This document shows positions 25,201 through 38,329 of a DNA stretch of 64,000 nt, piece by piece. The DNA comes from Vicugna vicugna (taxonomy: Eukaryota), in assembly GCA_013265495.1 (NCBI GenBank), contig MU057640.1, positions 2,195,405 to 2,259,404 on the forward strand, in the 5' to 3' direction. Numbering within the stretch: position 1 is the stretch's first letter; each line of letters opens with the position of its first letter. The notes beneath the pieces are model-generated. The model saw nothing but the letters and a program-made list of their open reading frames with translations, ran no database searches and was not told the origin of the DNA. Both the position numbers and the translations under genes were made by a program.

Positions 25201-27271
25201 ACAGAAAATACTCTGAAGTTTTATTACTTCTATTTGCTGTATAAAGGCAAGAGTAGTGAAACATGAGGCTTAAAAGTTGGATTAAGGTCAGATTGAGGAT
25301 TTTCTGTGTTCCACAAAGGAGTTTGTGATTAATTCTATAGTCCAGTGTTTATTCACTATTTTAAACCCATAACCTGATACCTCTCCCATAAACATAGTAG
25401 GTCTCCAGCTGCATTAAATGTTTTTTGAAGTATTAAAGCAATAGCTGTCATCACTAAAGACAAACCAAAGCAGTGGTAATTTTTGTATATTCTTTATCAA
25501 ATACACTCTCTTGAAGTAAACTGAGATATACAGATATCCTCTGCCTCATCTTTTAGACCCTCATCACTGACTAGCTGAGGATCAGTCATCGATGATGGTG
25601 GTAGAGACCTATTAAATTTTTAAAAATAGTTGCAAGGAAATAATGTAGTTGTGTATTTTAGGAAGATAACCATTGACAGTGTAGAGGTTGCTTAGGGAAA
25701 TGCGACATTTGGAATCAAGGAAGTTAGACTGTGGAAAGCCTGAATTAATTCTGTGGCCATAGAGAGGAGACGGATTGAAGAGATGTTTCAGATTTAGGAT
25801 TGCCTAAATTTGGTGGTTGGACTTGGAGAGATGGCCATTAAAGATGATTCTTAAGCTTCAGGCCTAGAATTAGAATCCTTGGTGTTGATTGTTAGCCAAA
25901 ATTCAGAAAACAGGAAAAGAAACAGATTTTGGTTTATTTGAACTATATTTATAGTTGTTGGGAGCTCTATTTTCATTGGCCCACTTCTAGTACAGTCGGT
26001 AGCTTACTGCTGTGTTTGGGTTCTTTGGTACTCCAGCTGAATGACTCTTCTTGTCTGGCTAGGGGTCCTACCTTAAATTCCATATCCTATCCTATCCTGG
26101 TGAAATAGGTTGGACAGTTAGAAAGCTCAAAGACTTTCTTGAATCTTAAGAAAACAAAGAAAACTTTCCTTTGTAGAAAGTTATGGAAATTTAAAAACAC
26201 ATATGAAAGTAGAGGGAATAATAAATGAAACACCCATAAACCTATTATTCTACTTCTACAGGTGTCAAGCATGGCCAATCTTAACTCTTCTTCACCCATT
26301 TCTTCCCAGTTATTTTAAGCAGGTTGCAGACTTCATATCATTTCAGTGAGTTTTTTGCATTTTTCTTGTGAAGGCTTAGCCATAGTCATACTTAAGTTGT
26401 CATTTTCCAGAACCTCACCTTTTTTTTAACTATCCAGGGGCCAAAAGCCAGTGTGCAAAGAGAGAGTATGTCCAACTCTATGTAAGAAGGAGAAGGAAGG
26501 CTTTCCTTGGAATTGTTAATAATCTCTTTGTTACTCCTGCCCACAACATTTCTCCTTAGATATAGAGAAGAAAATAGATTCTTGGTCTCCCTGAAGTCTC
26601 CTATGAACTCTCGTTTACCCACTGTGTCTTCCCAGAACCGTTTGTCACTCAGGACTTAACTCCTACTTATCCTCTGTATCTAACAGTTGAGCCTCTGGAT
26701 CCTAGGAACGTTGCCTCTTTAGAAGGGTGCTCACGAGAATATTGGAGAAGTCCTGCATTTTTCCTCGAAGCTCCTTTTTCCATATTTTAATTTTTGTTAC
26801 TAGTGAAAGTTACACTAAAACTGATGTGATGGGAATTCATGTCCACAGAACCTTTTTGATGAATGTCTTTTCAGTGCTGTTTTCAGAAGCTGCTAGAACG
26901 CCATAGGCTATTACTTCAGTTAAGTTTATTCCAAGGTTACCTGATAAATCTTGTGAGAAAGGCACCTCTGTTCTATTTTCCCGTCTCAAACCACTTCCTA
27001 CTAGTTTGATAGCATTCACTAGAAAGGATTAGACAGTGTGCTGTGCATTAGGTAGCTAATGATATTATTTCAATATCTGGATATAGTCCAGTTTCCAGTA
27101 TAGTTCAAATAATTCAGTGCTAGCAGTATAAGAATATCCCTCTCAGTTTCTCGCTTCCTTAATTTTACACTATGTATTTCCTCTCCTATTTTAAAGAAAA
27201 ATTATTTGTTCCCTCAGATTACTTTAGACATGTTTAAGTCCTGATACGTTCATAAGATATTTGATAATGTG

Positions 27272-27460
27272 GCTGTGTTGGAGGTTCCCATGACCACCCC
27301 CGTGTTTGGAGATTTGCTTGAAGGACTCACAGGATTTATCACAGTGACATAATAAGAATATAAGCCAAATACAAGGAAAAAAGACGTTAGTGGAGTGTGG
27401 CGGAATCCATCTGTGGGCTTCCTTATGCCCTCTTCTTCCTATGAAGAGTCATACAGGGAG
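27272..27460. mobile_element. MER21/MER77-like LTR fragment
   Basis: tgtgttggaggttcccatgaccacccc...gaaggactcacagga. Confidence 0.55.
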
Positions 27461-28565
27461 CTGAGTTTTGGTCTTATTAAGTGTAGTGGCTCCCAGAACT
27501 TGCAGGAGTTTGCTAGTAGGCAGTTGGCAGCATGAATCTGGAACGTGTGATATCAGAGAATGTTATACTCTTTAGTCATAGGAATAGATAAGAAAGCTTA
27601 GGGAGAGCGTGTATATTCAGAAAGAGATTCAGAAAACAAATGGAGGCATTTATAAACTTTATAAAAAATAAAGAAAATACTTTTCTTTTGAGATGACAGG
27701 AAAGTATAGAGAGGTAGTTTCTATGTGTATATGTATGTATGTAAAGGTTTAATAAGTTTGAAGGTAGATAATTGGGAGAGAACTTAGGGAGTTGACATCC
27801 CTTTTTCTTTTTTTTTTTAAACATAGGTGGTAGAATCACTGACCGAGGGTGAAGGGTAGATTGTGAGCCTTGAGGAAGAAGGAGGGGAGGTGGAGGAGGA
27901 AAGTGTTTTAAAGTACTTAACTTGGGCAAAAAAGGGAGATGATAGGGCCCAATCAAGTAAAATAATTGCTGTGCAGAATGAAGGATCTGACCTTTTCCTG
28001 ACTCCTGCTGCCCCCATCGTTTTTGCCTGCAGTTTGATTTCTAATAGCACACTCATCAGAAGCCTTATATTCATAGAAAAATACCTCTTTTTCTTTACTT
28101 TACTTCCCATACCTGCCAACTTTAAAAGTCAGAAAGTTCACGCAGATTGCATTCTACTGACTTATAGCTCATACCCCCTACGCAGATAAGCCTCTGGAGT
28201 CTTGAAAGGCTCCATTACTCCCTCGTTGGATTCTGCTTAGCTACTTTTAGTAAAGCATTGTAGCCTTGGTGCAGGCTTTGTAGATGTTCGAGGGTTGGCT
28301 TTTTGTCTGTTTTGTTTTGTTTTTTATGTTTCACTCTTCTGTTCTAGTTTTAGATTTGTGTCTTTTCTGTAACTTGGGAATAAGAAGTAGGAAAAGCTAA
28401 ATTTACTCCTTATGGTACATGGATAGTAGTTCCTCTTCATGAAGTCATTTATAATCTAATTTGTAGGAAGGTGTAATTTAAATGAAAATTATGAAGTCAA
28501 GAAGAAGAAAGTTTTGCTAACCTGCCCTGTTTTCTCCCCCCCCCCACCTTTTTTTTAAATTATAG

Positions 28566-28593
28566 CAAAAGTCTGGAGAAAAGCCTGTCCCAG
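28566..28593 (+). CDS. MED6: MED6 coding exon 7, 28-nt microexon (QKSGEKPVP)
   Basis: Long C/T tract + tatag acceptor, G|gtatgg donor; needed to keep the frame between exons 6 and 8. Confidence 0.95.
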
Positions 28594-29184
28594 GTATGGT
28601 TCATCTAATAATTCTTACTGAACTTGAAATAAGATCAGAAAGTCTGTTTAACTCAGTAACTATAACATTTGAGATGAATTAGGATCATTTTGCCCTTTTA
28701 GACTCTCTAATGGTAGTTTGTTACTCCTGACCTTTGAGGTCTGCTGAATTGCCAAAAGATAGTGCTTTTATGGTAGTGATATTAGTATTTTAAAAATGAA
28801 TTGAAATGGGATGAACAGGTATTGATGATGTGTGGAGAAGCCAGGGTGATTTGAGGTTGTCAAAAGTGAACAAAGTTCTTTTGTTTCCTCATTGAAAATA
28901 GGTATTGCACTATCCATTGAACTGGGATAGAATAATAAAGTATCTTCTGTGAAATGTCTTGTTTAAATGTCATGTGTTTTTGTCTAGTATCACGATTTGC
29001 TCATACTAAGTTTTTGGTTGGTAAATCAGGTCTTGTACATCTGCCTGATGAAACAGCTAAATTGAGAACTTGAGATAAGCAGTTCTAAGTGAATTTGAAA
29101 GAGTCTGAACCATTCAAATTAACCATTATCTAAATTGGTCTCATCCTTCCACCCCTCCAAAAAATACCTGTTTTTGATGTCTAG

Positions 29185-29315
29185 TGGATCAGACAAAGAA
29201 AGAGGCAGAACCTCTACCAGAAACTGTAAAATCTGAAGAGAAGGAGACCACAAAGAATGTCCAACAGACAGTGGGCACTAAAGGCCCCCCTGAAAAACGA
29301 ATGAGACTTCAGTGA
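29185..29315 (+). CDS. MED6: MED6 coding exon 8 ([13 protein letters not shown]...[10 protein letters not shown])
   Basis: ctag acceptor, ends CTT CAG TGA; the summed CDS is 741 nt = 246 aa + stop, the known MED6 length. Confidence 0.97.
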
Positions 29316-29565
29316 GTATTGGACAAGAAAGAAACTTGCAAGAATCCTCTTGTCCACATTTTACCTCATTACTGTGACGGGCTCTTGAACTTTAAAATTC
29401 TTTGTCACAATCATTTGTATAGAATGTGCTTGTTCTTTAAGAATGGATATGGAGCCTCATGCTTTCAGTCTGGATATTTTTAATGTATCTTTTGTAACCT
29501 TTTCCCTATTGGATTTGAGCGGCTTCCTCACTCATATGTTTACTGCTGTATATGTTTAAAAGCAA

Positions 29566-29571
29566 AATAAA
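29566..29571 (+). terminator. MED6: MED6 polyadenylation signal AATAAA
   Basis: AATAAA about 250 nt after the stop codon, followed by T/GT-rich sequence. Confidence 0.75.
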
Positions 29572-30309
29572 GGTATTTGTATAAATTACTTTGTCTTGAC
29601 TTTTTACCCCCTTATTTTTCTGTCTGAAATATTTCCGGGTGCATTTTGTAAACAAAGGGTTCATGTTAAGGTAGTAACTAAGCTTATTTTCTTTTATTAG
29701 TTGCATATTCCTCAGTATTAACAATAGTAAAGTTACTGACAATTTGAAAGATAAAGAAAAAAAAAGCCTCACTTACCAATACCACCGCCCTACAAATACC
29801 ATAACAACATTGTGAATTTTCTTTTTCTGTGAGTAGACGTCTTTAAAACATAGTTTGTAATTCTTCTGTTCATATAATTTTACTTTATCATATTGTATCT
29901 GTTGTATGCACTGTTCCATGGTTACTTAGTTTTTATAGACTATTTATATTCTATTGACCCAGTAGTTCCTTTGAGTAATTTATACCTGTTCCCTTCAGCC
30001 CTCCCTGTATTATACGTGAGTTAATCCCACTCGCATTATTTAAATACGGCCGTGGGGATGACGTTTGTGCACGATGCCTCTTCAGTGCTTAGTGTAGAGT
30101 CCCAGCAGCAGAATCGCTAGGCTCTGTGTTGGTTTTTTTTTGCTCTTAGTCCATGTTGCCAAGTTGTTTTTCTCAAAAGTTTTGGGCCTGTTACTATTCT
30201 GGGAGCAAAATATGAAAATACCAAGTTCCCTAGAATCTCGCTAACACTGAGTATTGTCATTTACCTTTGTAGTGCTAATTAAGTAGCAGAAAGATGGTGC
30301 TTCATTATT

Positions 30310-30462
30310 ATTTTTATTATTATTATATAATTTAATTATTTTTTATTTTGTGGGGGGAGGTAATTAGGTTTATTTATTTTTAGAGGAGGTACTGGGGATT
30401 GAACCCAGGACCTCATGCATGCTATGCATGTGCTCTATCACTTGAGCTATGCCCTCCCCCCC
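30310..30462 (-). mobile_element. tRNA-derived SINE (camelid vic-1-like)
   Basis: A and B boxes on the minus strand, (TTA)-rich tail; TSD ggtgc(t/c)tcattatt at 30296-30309 / 30463-30476. Confidence 0.85.
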
Positions 30463-31334
30463 GGTGCCTCATTATTTTAAGTGGTTGAATAATTCCTCAT
30501 CTTTGATTTTTGCTTTTATGAAATGTCTGATTTTCTGTATTATATGAGATTTTTAGTTTTTTATTTTGGCATAATTTCAGGCTTACAGAGAAGTCAGAAT
30601 AGTACAAAGAATTCCTCCATATAAACCTTTCATGCAAATTCCCCATGTGGTAACATTTTCCATATTTTGTTCTTTAATCTCTGTCTCTCTCCTTCTTGCT
30701 GTCAGTTGCTGTCCCTGCCCCCATGTGTGTATATATATAATACACACATCTTTTATTTTGAATTGAGAGTCAGTTGCAGTCATGATGCCCATTTCCCCTA
30801 AGAACTTTAGTGTGCATTTCCTTAAATCAAGGACATTCTCTTACATAGCCTGGTACAATTATCAAAATTAAACTGATATGATACCATTAGCTAATCTGTA
30901 GGTCTTACTCAGATCTTGCTCATGGTTCCAAGAATGTCATTTACAGCAAAATAATATCCTGAATTATACATTGGACTTTGTTGTCCTCTCTTTAGTCTGC
31001 TTTAATCTGGAACAGTTCTTTAATCTTCCTTTTTATCGTGAATTGATATTTAAAGAGTTTAGGCCAGTTATTTTGCTGAATGTCTCTTAGTTTAGGTTTG
31101 ATATACTTTCATGATTAAATTCACCTCATGCACTTTGATCAGGAATACTGTGGGAAAGATGCTTCTGGAGGCACGTGCCATCAGTTTGTCCCGTTTAAGG
31201 TTATGTAACTTTAATCACCTGGTTAAAATAGTGTTTTTCAGGTTATTCCTCTGTAAAGTTAGTATTTTTCTTTTTTGTAATTTATAGGTACCTTGGTCAG
31301 GGGGTAGTTTGAGGCTCTGAATATCCTGTTATCT

Positions 31335-32003
31335 TTTAACATTTTTTATTGATTCATAATCATTTTACAGTGTTGTGTCAAATTCCAGTGTTCAGCACAA
31401 TTTTTCAGTCATTCATGGACATATACACACTCATTGTCACATTTTTTTCTCTGTGATTTATCATAACATTTTGTGTATATTTCCCTGTGCTATACAGTGT
31501 AATCTTGTTTATCTATTCTACAATTTTGAAATCCCAGTCTATCCCTTCCCACCCTCTACCCCGCCCCCCACCCCGGTAACCACAAGTCTGTATTCTCTGT
31601 CCATGAGTCTATTTCTGTCCTGTATTTATGCTTTGTTTTTGTTTTTTAGATTCCACATATGAGCGATCTCATATGGTATTTTTCTTTCTCTTTCTGGCTT
31701 ACTTCACTTAGAATGACATTCTCTAGGAGCATCCATGTTGCTGCAAATGGCATTATGTTGTCGGTTTTTATGGCTGAGTAGTATTCCATTGTATAAATAT
31801 ACCACATCTTCTTTATCCAGTCACCTGTTGATGGACATTTAGGTTGTTTCCATGTTTTGGCTATTGTAAATAGTGCTGCTATGAACATTGGGGTGCAGGT
31901 GTCGTCCTGAAGTAGATTTCCTTCTGGGTACAAGCCCAGGAGTGGGATTCCTGGGTCATATGGTAAGTCTATTCCTAGTCTTTTGAGGAATCTCCACACT
32001 GTT
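31335..32003 (-). mobile_element. Relatively young 5'-truncated L1 (ORF2 C-terminus + 3'UTR)
   Basis: Uninterrupted 117-aa ORF2 tail WRFLKRLGIDLPYDPGIPLLG...AATWMLLENVILSEVSQKEKEKYHMRSLICGI. Confidence 0.9.
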
Positions 32004-32423
32004 TGTTTCTTCTATGTTTATTAGTTGGCTTTCTGCTATAAAGAAGAGCTTTCCTTTTCTCCCTACTTATTTATTTATATCATTATAGACTCCTATTCTT
32101 ATTTTATTAAACAAGTTATATTTCTTACTGTGATTATTTATATTGATGCTTAAATTGTCCTAGATCGGGCCACGGGAGCCATTTCAGTGTCCTTTTGACA
32201 TGACCCTGTCATTCATTGAGGATTTTCTTTATGTTTTAGCACAGAAAGATATCCCAGGTTCATCCCAGCCCTGGAGTCCGCCATTCTCTAAGGATCTCTA
32301 GCTCCTTTTGGTGGAGAATGTGTTTGGAGATCAAGATCTGTGTGCTAGGTGTGCTCATTTGCTACTGGGGTGTCATGCCTTCTAGACTCTTTCATCTGAT
32401 AGAGTTAAGAAATAGATATATAT

Positions 32424-32560
32424 GGAATGGGAGAGGGTATAGCTCAGTGGTAGAGCACATGCTTAGCATGGACAAGGTCCTGGGTTCAATCCCCAGTACC
32501 TCCATTAAAAAATACATAAGTAAGCAAATAAACCTAATTATGTCTTACCCCTAAAAACAA
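32424..32560 (+). mobile_element. tRNA-derived SINE (camelid vic-1-like)
   Basis: gggtatagctcagtggtagagcacatgcttagcatggacaaggtcctgggttcaatccccagtacctcc + A-rich tail; TSD about agatatata. Confidence 0.85.
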
Positions 32561-33920
32561 AGATATATACATACATGTATGTGTGAGTGAATACACATAT
32601 GTCTACAAACATAGCTATCTGTCTATTCTGTATATATTAAAAGCCTTTAATTCACACTGATAACACCAATTCCAGTTTATCATCACAGGGTTCACTCTGT
32701 TCTCTTCCACATTGATGAGAATTCTGATTCTTGTTATCTACAATGTTTGTCCTTATTTGCTTAATCCTAGAATAACAAAAAGTCGTTTCAGAATTCCTAA
32801 CCAATACCTCTGCAAAAAAGAAACCTAATTAGAATTCAGTGTTTACTTAGAGTTCTTTTTGTCTTTAGCTTGAGGATATATAGTTCAGAAACTGTGCTTA
32901 CAAATTACTTGGGTTAATTTTTTTTTTTTTTTTTACTTTTCAGTGTGGTTTCATAACTCATTTACTAGATACTGTGGTTTATTTGGTTCTGTTTTGAATT
33001 TGGTTTTAGTTTTTCCCTTCATTAAATTATTGATTTCTTTTAGTTTTGTTATTGTTGTATTGTTTTGGGGAGTGAGAGATGTTAACATGGTTCTAAGTGT
33101 CAGACTGTCCCAAAGAGATTCTAAGTATCACAGCCCTTCCTCATTTCTTCTGTCTTTTCTACCTTATTCCTACCTACCCCTCCAAAAGTAACCAACCTAA
33201 TTAGTCTCTAGTTTACCTTGACTGTGTTTCTGTTGCAGAAATGAATAGATATTTTCTTTTTTCCCTTTCTTACACAAAAGGCAACATACCATATAAAGTT
33301 TTGCATTTTGCTTATTTTCCACTTATTTAAGCATGAACTTTGACGTAAAGATATTAACTCTAATATTTTTTCAACTATTTTTTGTTCTAGCAAAGCTGCT
33401 TTTTCTTTCAACTACATTTTTGTAAAATATCACTTACAGAAAAGTACACAAAATAATAGTACAATTCATTGTACTTGCGTAACTTACCACGCAGGTAAAG
33501 AAATTGAACATTGCTGATACCCAAGAAGTTCCTTTATGCCCCCTCCTAGTTACAGTACTTGTCCTGATTAGAGGTCATACTCATCTTCAATTTTATGGTA
33601 ATCACTTGTTTTCTTCACATTTTCACCATGTAACCATGCATCCCTAAATAAATGTTTAGTTTTGCTTGCCTGTTTTTTATTTTTAATGTGAATAGATTCA
33701 GTATGTGTATTTCAGGTATGACTTCTTTTGTTTAGTATTATGTTTGTGACATCAAGGTTGTTTCATGTTATAATTTTTTAATTTTCATTTCCGTATAGTA
33801 TTTAATTACATACATATATTACAACTTAAAAAATCCATTCTAATGGTGGTGGACATTTGGATTGTTTGTAGTTTTGGGCTGTTGTGAAAAATTGCTTTTA
33901 TGAATATTCTTTTTGGTATA

Positions 33921-34300
33921 TATTATAAGCTGAATTGTGTCATCACACCCACCCCACCCCACCCCCCAACAAGATATGTTGAAGTCTTGACTCCCAGGAC
34001 CTCAGAATGTGATGTTATTTGGAAATAAGATTATTGCAGATGTAATTAGTTAAGATGAGTTCATACCAGAGTAGGCTGAGACCTTAATCCAATGTGACTG
34101 GTGTCATTATAAAAAGAATGCCATGTGAAGAGACAAAGGGAGGCGCATCTGAAGATAGAGGATTGGAGTGTTGCATCAACAAGCCCAGAAACACCAAAGA
34201 TTGCCACCAAAGCAGGTTTTAGAGGGAGCATGGCCCTGCACATACCCTGAGTTTGGACTTCTAGCCTTCAGAACTTTGAGACAATAAATTTGTTGTTTTA
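33921..34300 (+). mobile_element. MLT1 (MaLR) solo LTR
   Basis: acctcagaatgtgatgttatttggaaataag...ttggacttctagccttcagaactttgagacaataaatttgttgttt. Confidence 0.85.
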
Positions 34301-35765
34301 TTTACCAGAGTGGTTGTATCAGTTTATACTCCCACAAGCAGTGTGTGAGCTCCTATGGTCCACACCTTTGTTGACCCTTGATACTGTCAATTAAAGAAAA
34401 TTTTAGTCATTCTGATGGGTGTACAGTGCTATCTTATTGAGGCTGAAATTTGTATTTCCTGGTGGTTTGATGATGTTAAGCGTCCTTTCCTATGATTGTT
34501 GGCTATTTGAATAGCCATTTTTATGAAGTGTGTCTTTTGTACATTTTTCTATTTTTTTCATCTATGTTTATCTTACAGAGCCAGAAGAGTTTGTATGTTT
34601 GGATAGGAGTCCTTTGTAGGTTGCATGTATTGTTTACATGTATTTTCTCCACTCTGGCTTGCCTTTTTTACCCTTTTATGGTGACCTGAAAATGATTAGC
34701 ACTTCTTAATTGTAATGTAGTTCAGTTTGTCAATCTTTTTTATTGTTAATGCTTTTTTGTGTCGTCTCTGAGGTTTTTCTCTATATTGAGGTTACAAAGA
34801 TGTTCTGTGTCATTACCTACAAGCTTCATTTTACACTTCACATTCAGCAGTATAGTCCATTTGTCTGGGATTGACCTATAATCAATTTGGGAAGGACTGA
34901 GAGTTTAGGAATATTGAGTATTCAGAACCACAAACATGTTGTATTTTTCCATTTATTTAGGTTTTCTTTAATTTCTGAGTAAAGTTATGATTTTTCAGAG
35001 TACAGGTCTTGTACGTGTTTTGTTAAATTTATCCCTAAGCATAACATGCTTTTTTTGACGCTACTGTAAAAGGTTTTTTTAAAATTTTAATTTCCTTTTT
35101 TTTTTGTCTCTAGCATATAGACATATAGTTGCTTTTTGAGTAGTTGGCCTTGTATTCTGTTCTTTACTGAATTCAGTAATTAGTTCTGGTAGCTTTTTTG
35201 AACATTGCTTAGGATTTCCTACATACATGATCATGTCATCTGGAAATTAAAAGTTTCATTTTCCATCTGTATACCTTTAAACAAACTGTGGTAAAATATA
35301 AATAACATAAAATTTACCATTTTAAGGATTTAAAAATATACATTCAGTGGCATTAACTACATTCACATTGTTGTGCATCTATTACTACTATCCGCCTTCT
35401 GAAACTCTGCTCATTAAACACTAACTCCCTTTTTCCCCTTCCCCCTCCCCCTGGCAATCACCTTTCTACTTTATGTCACAGTGAATTTGGCTGCTCTCGG
35501 CATCTCATACAAATGGAGTTAGACAATATTTGTGTGTGTGTGTGTGACTTATTTCGCTTATCATAAAGTCTTCAGGATTTATCTGTATTCTAGCATGTAT
35601 CAGAATTTCTTTTTTAAGGTTAAATATTCTGTTGTATATATATATATACGTATACATACAACAGAATGTTTAGTTTATTCATTGGTCAGTTGACATTTGA
35701 ATTGCTTCCACATTTTGGCTCCATTGATTCCAAATAATGCTGCTGTGAACATTGATGTACAGATA
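34301..35765 (-). mobile_element. L1 fragments (ORF2 and L1MB-like 3' end)
   Basis: cattcagtggcattaactacattcacattgttgtgc and other L1 signatures. Confidence 0.7.
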
Positions 35766-35767
35766 TC

Positions 35768-36188
35768 TGGCAGGGCATGTGGGCAGGGGTGCAGAGCCTC
35801 CCTTCCGTTTTTGGGTGCACCACTTTCTGAATCTCCACATGTTCACCAACCCAGAAGGTCTCAGAGCCCTGTGCTCTTGGGGTTTTTATGGAGGCTTCAT
35901 TACACAGACACAATTGATTAAACTATTGGCTATTGGTGATTGAATTCAATCTTCAGCCCCTTTCACTCCCAGGAGGTGGTTGGGGTGGGATGGGGTTGAA
36001 AGTTCCAACCCTCTAATCACAAGGTTGGTGTGACCAGCTCCCATCTTTAGGTGATCTAGGAGCTTTCCAAAATCACCTCATTAACATCACAAAAGACACA
36101 TTTATGGTTCTCTCTCAGAAAATTCCAAGCATTTTAGGAGTTCTGTGCCAGGAAGAAGACCAATTATATATTATTATAAATCACATCA
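35768..36188. mobile_element. MER21-like LTR fragment
   Basis: ggtttttatggaggcttcattaca...attggctattggtgattgaattcaatcttcagcccc...gaaagttccaaccctctaatcac. Confidence 0.75.
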
Positions 36189-36349
36189 TACCTAACAATT
36201 AGTGATGCTGACCATTGTTTCATGTATTTATTGGCCATTTATATATCTTTTTTTTAACAAAATATTTTAGTAAAAGTCATAAAATTAATGCATAAACTTT
36301 GTGTATAGTCTTTGAAGAAATATCTATTCAAGTTGTTGGCAAAGTTTTA

Positions 36350-37790
36350 ATTTTTTTAACTAAGGTATAGTCAATTTACAATATTATATAAGTTTCAGAT
36401 GTACAACACAGTGATGCACAATTTTTAAAGATTACACTCCATTTATAATTTTTATAAAATATTAGCTATATCCCCTTTGCTGTATAATACATCCTTGTAA
36501 CTTATTTATTTTGTACATAGCAGTTAGTACCTTTTAATAGCCTTCTCCAGTCTTGTTCCTCCCCTGTTTCTCCCCACTGGTGATCACTAGTTTGTTCTCT
36601 ATATCTTTTTTGTTACATTCACTTCTGATTTTTTTGTTTTAGATTTCACATATAAGTGCTAACGTACAGTGTTTGTCTTTCTCTGTCTTATTTCACTGAG
36701 TACCCTCCAGGTCCATCCATGTTGTTGTAAATGGCAACATTTCATTCTTATGCTTGAGCAGTATTCCACTGTGTATATATAACACATTGTCTTTATCCAT
36801 TCATCTACTGGTGGACACTTAGATTGCTTCCATATCTTGGCAATTGTAAATAATGCTGTGAACATTGACATATATCTATCTTTTTGAATTGGGGTTTTTG
36901 TTTTCTTTGGATGTATACTGGGGAGTGGAATTGCTGAATCATGTGGTAGTTCTATTTTTAGTTTTTAGAGGAACCTCCATAATGTTTTCCACAGTGGTTG
37001 CACCAATTTACATTCCCACCAATGGTGTATGAGGGTTCCCTTTTTTCCACATCCTCACTAGCATTTGTTATTTGTGATCTTTTTGATGATAACCATTCTG
37101 ATAGGTGTGAGGTAATATCTCATTGTGGTCTTGACTTGCATTAGTATGATGATTAGCGATATTGAGCATCTTTTCATGTGCCTGTAGGCCATCTGTATGT
37201 CTTCTCTGAAAAAAAATGTCCATTTAGGTCTCTGCCCATTTTTTTAATTGGGTTCTTTGTTTTGTTGATACTGAGTTGTATGAGCTGTTTATATATGTTG
37301 GATATTAACACCTTGTCAGTCAAATCATTTGCAAATATTTCTCCCATTCAATAGAATGTCTTTTTGTTTTGTTGATGGTTTCATTTGCTGTGCAGAAGCC
37401 TTAAAGTTTAATTAGGTCCCATTTGTTTATTTTTGCTTTTAATTGTTTTGCCTTAGAAGACAGATCCAGCAATCTGATTTATGTCAAAGAGTGTTCTGCA
37501 TATTTTTTGTAAGAGTTTTATGGTTTCTGGTCTTACATTTAGGGCTTTAATCCATTTTGAGTTTATTTTTGTATATGGTGTGAGAAAATGTTCTAATTTC
37601 ATTCTTTCACATGCAGCTCTACAGTTTTCCCAGCACCACTTATTGAAGAGACTGTCTTTTCTCTCTTGTATATTCTTCCTTTCTTTGTCATTGATTAATT
37701 GACTATAAGAGCATGGGTTTATTTCTCTATTCTGTTCAATTGATTTGTCTCTTTCTGTTCCAGTATCATTACTCTTTTGGGGGTTTTCGA
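36350..37790 (-). mobile_element. 5'-truncated L1
   Basis: Minus-strand peptides [12 protein letters not shown]...[13 protein letters not shown] and LFTIAKIWKQSKCP. Confidence 0.85.
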
Positions 37791-38329
37791 CACAGTTGTA
37801 CTTGATTTGTTTAACATCTAAGTCCTGTATTAGACTTAAACTTCCAGGAGCAGTGTCAGACTTGATCACTGCTATATCCTTAGCATATTTCACAGTGCCC
37901 AACATCAGTAAGTATTTGTTGAATGAAAGGATGAATGCATGAATACTCATGTCCATGTGTGCTATGACTAGCACATTTTAGGATGACTTAGAAAACTCCA
38001 CCCTAAAAATCTTGGCCTGATTCATACTTTGGAACTTGAGCAACACCAAAGCAAAAGTCTGGGTTCTTGCCCTTGGCTTTTGCATATGGGCAACAGGAAA
38101 GGGTGCAGAGGGCAACCTCACGATTCTTAAAATGTGTCTTTACATATGCTGCCTTTAATGTCTGCATCAGCCTTATAAATTACATAGTGGTGCTGCAATC
38201 AAGGAAGTAAAAATCTGTAGAGGTTAAAAGTGTGGAGGTATTATTGCTACTAAGTGGCAGAACTTGCATTCTCCAATTTTAAAGTCTGTTTACTGTCTTC
38301 TATGCCATGCAGATTTTTAACTCTTACTC

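Larger units (their letters stand above)
30490..33920 (-). mobile_element. Old L1 (L1MC/ME-type) fragments hosting younger insertions
   Basis: ataatttcaggcttacagagaagtcagaatagtacaaagaattcc...aaggacattctcttacata and similar L1 3' signatures. Confidence 0.6.

Noticed and set aside
32424..32505. tRNA-like sequence with A and B boxes (also at 16090-16160 and 30390-30460)
   Set aside because: SINE heads with A-rich tails and TSDs, not tRNA genes
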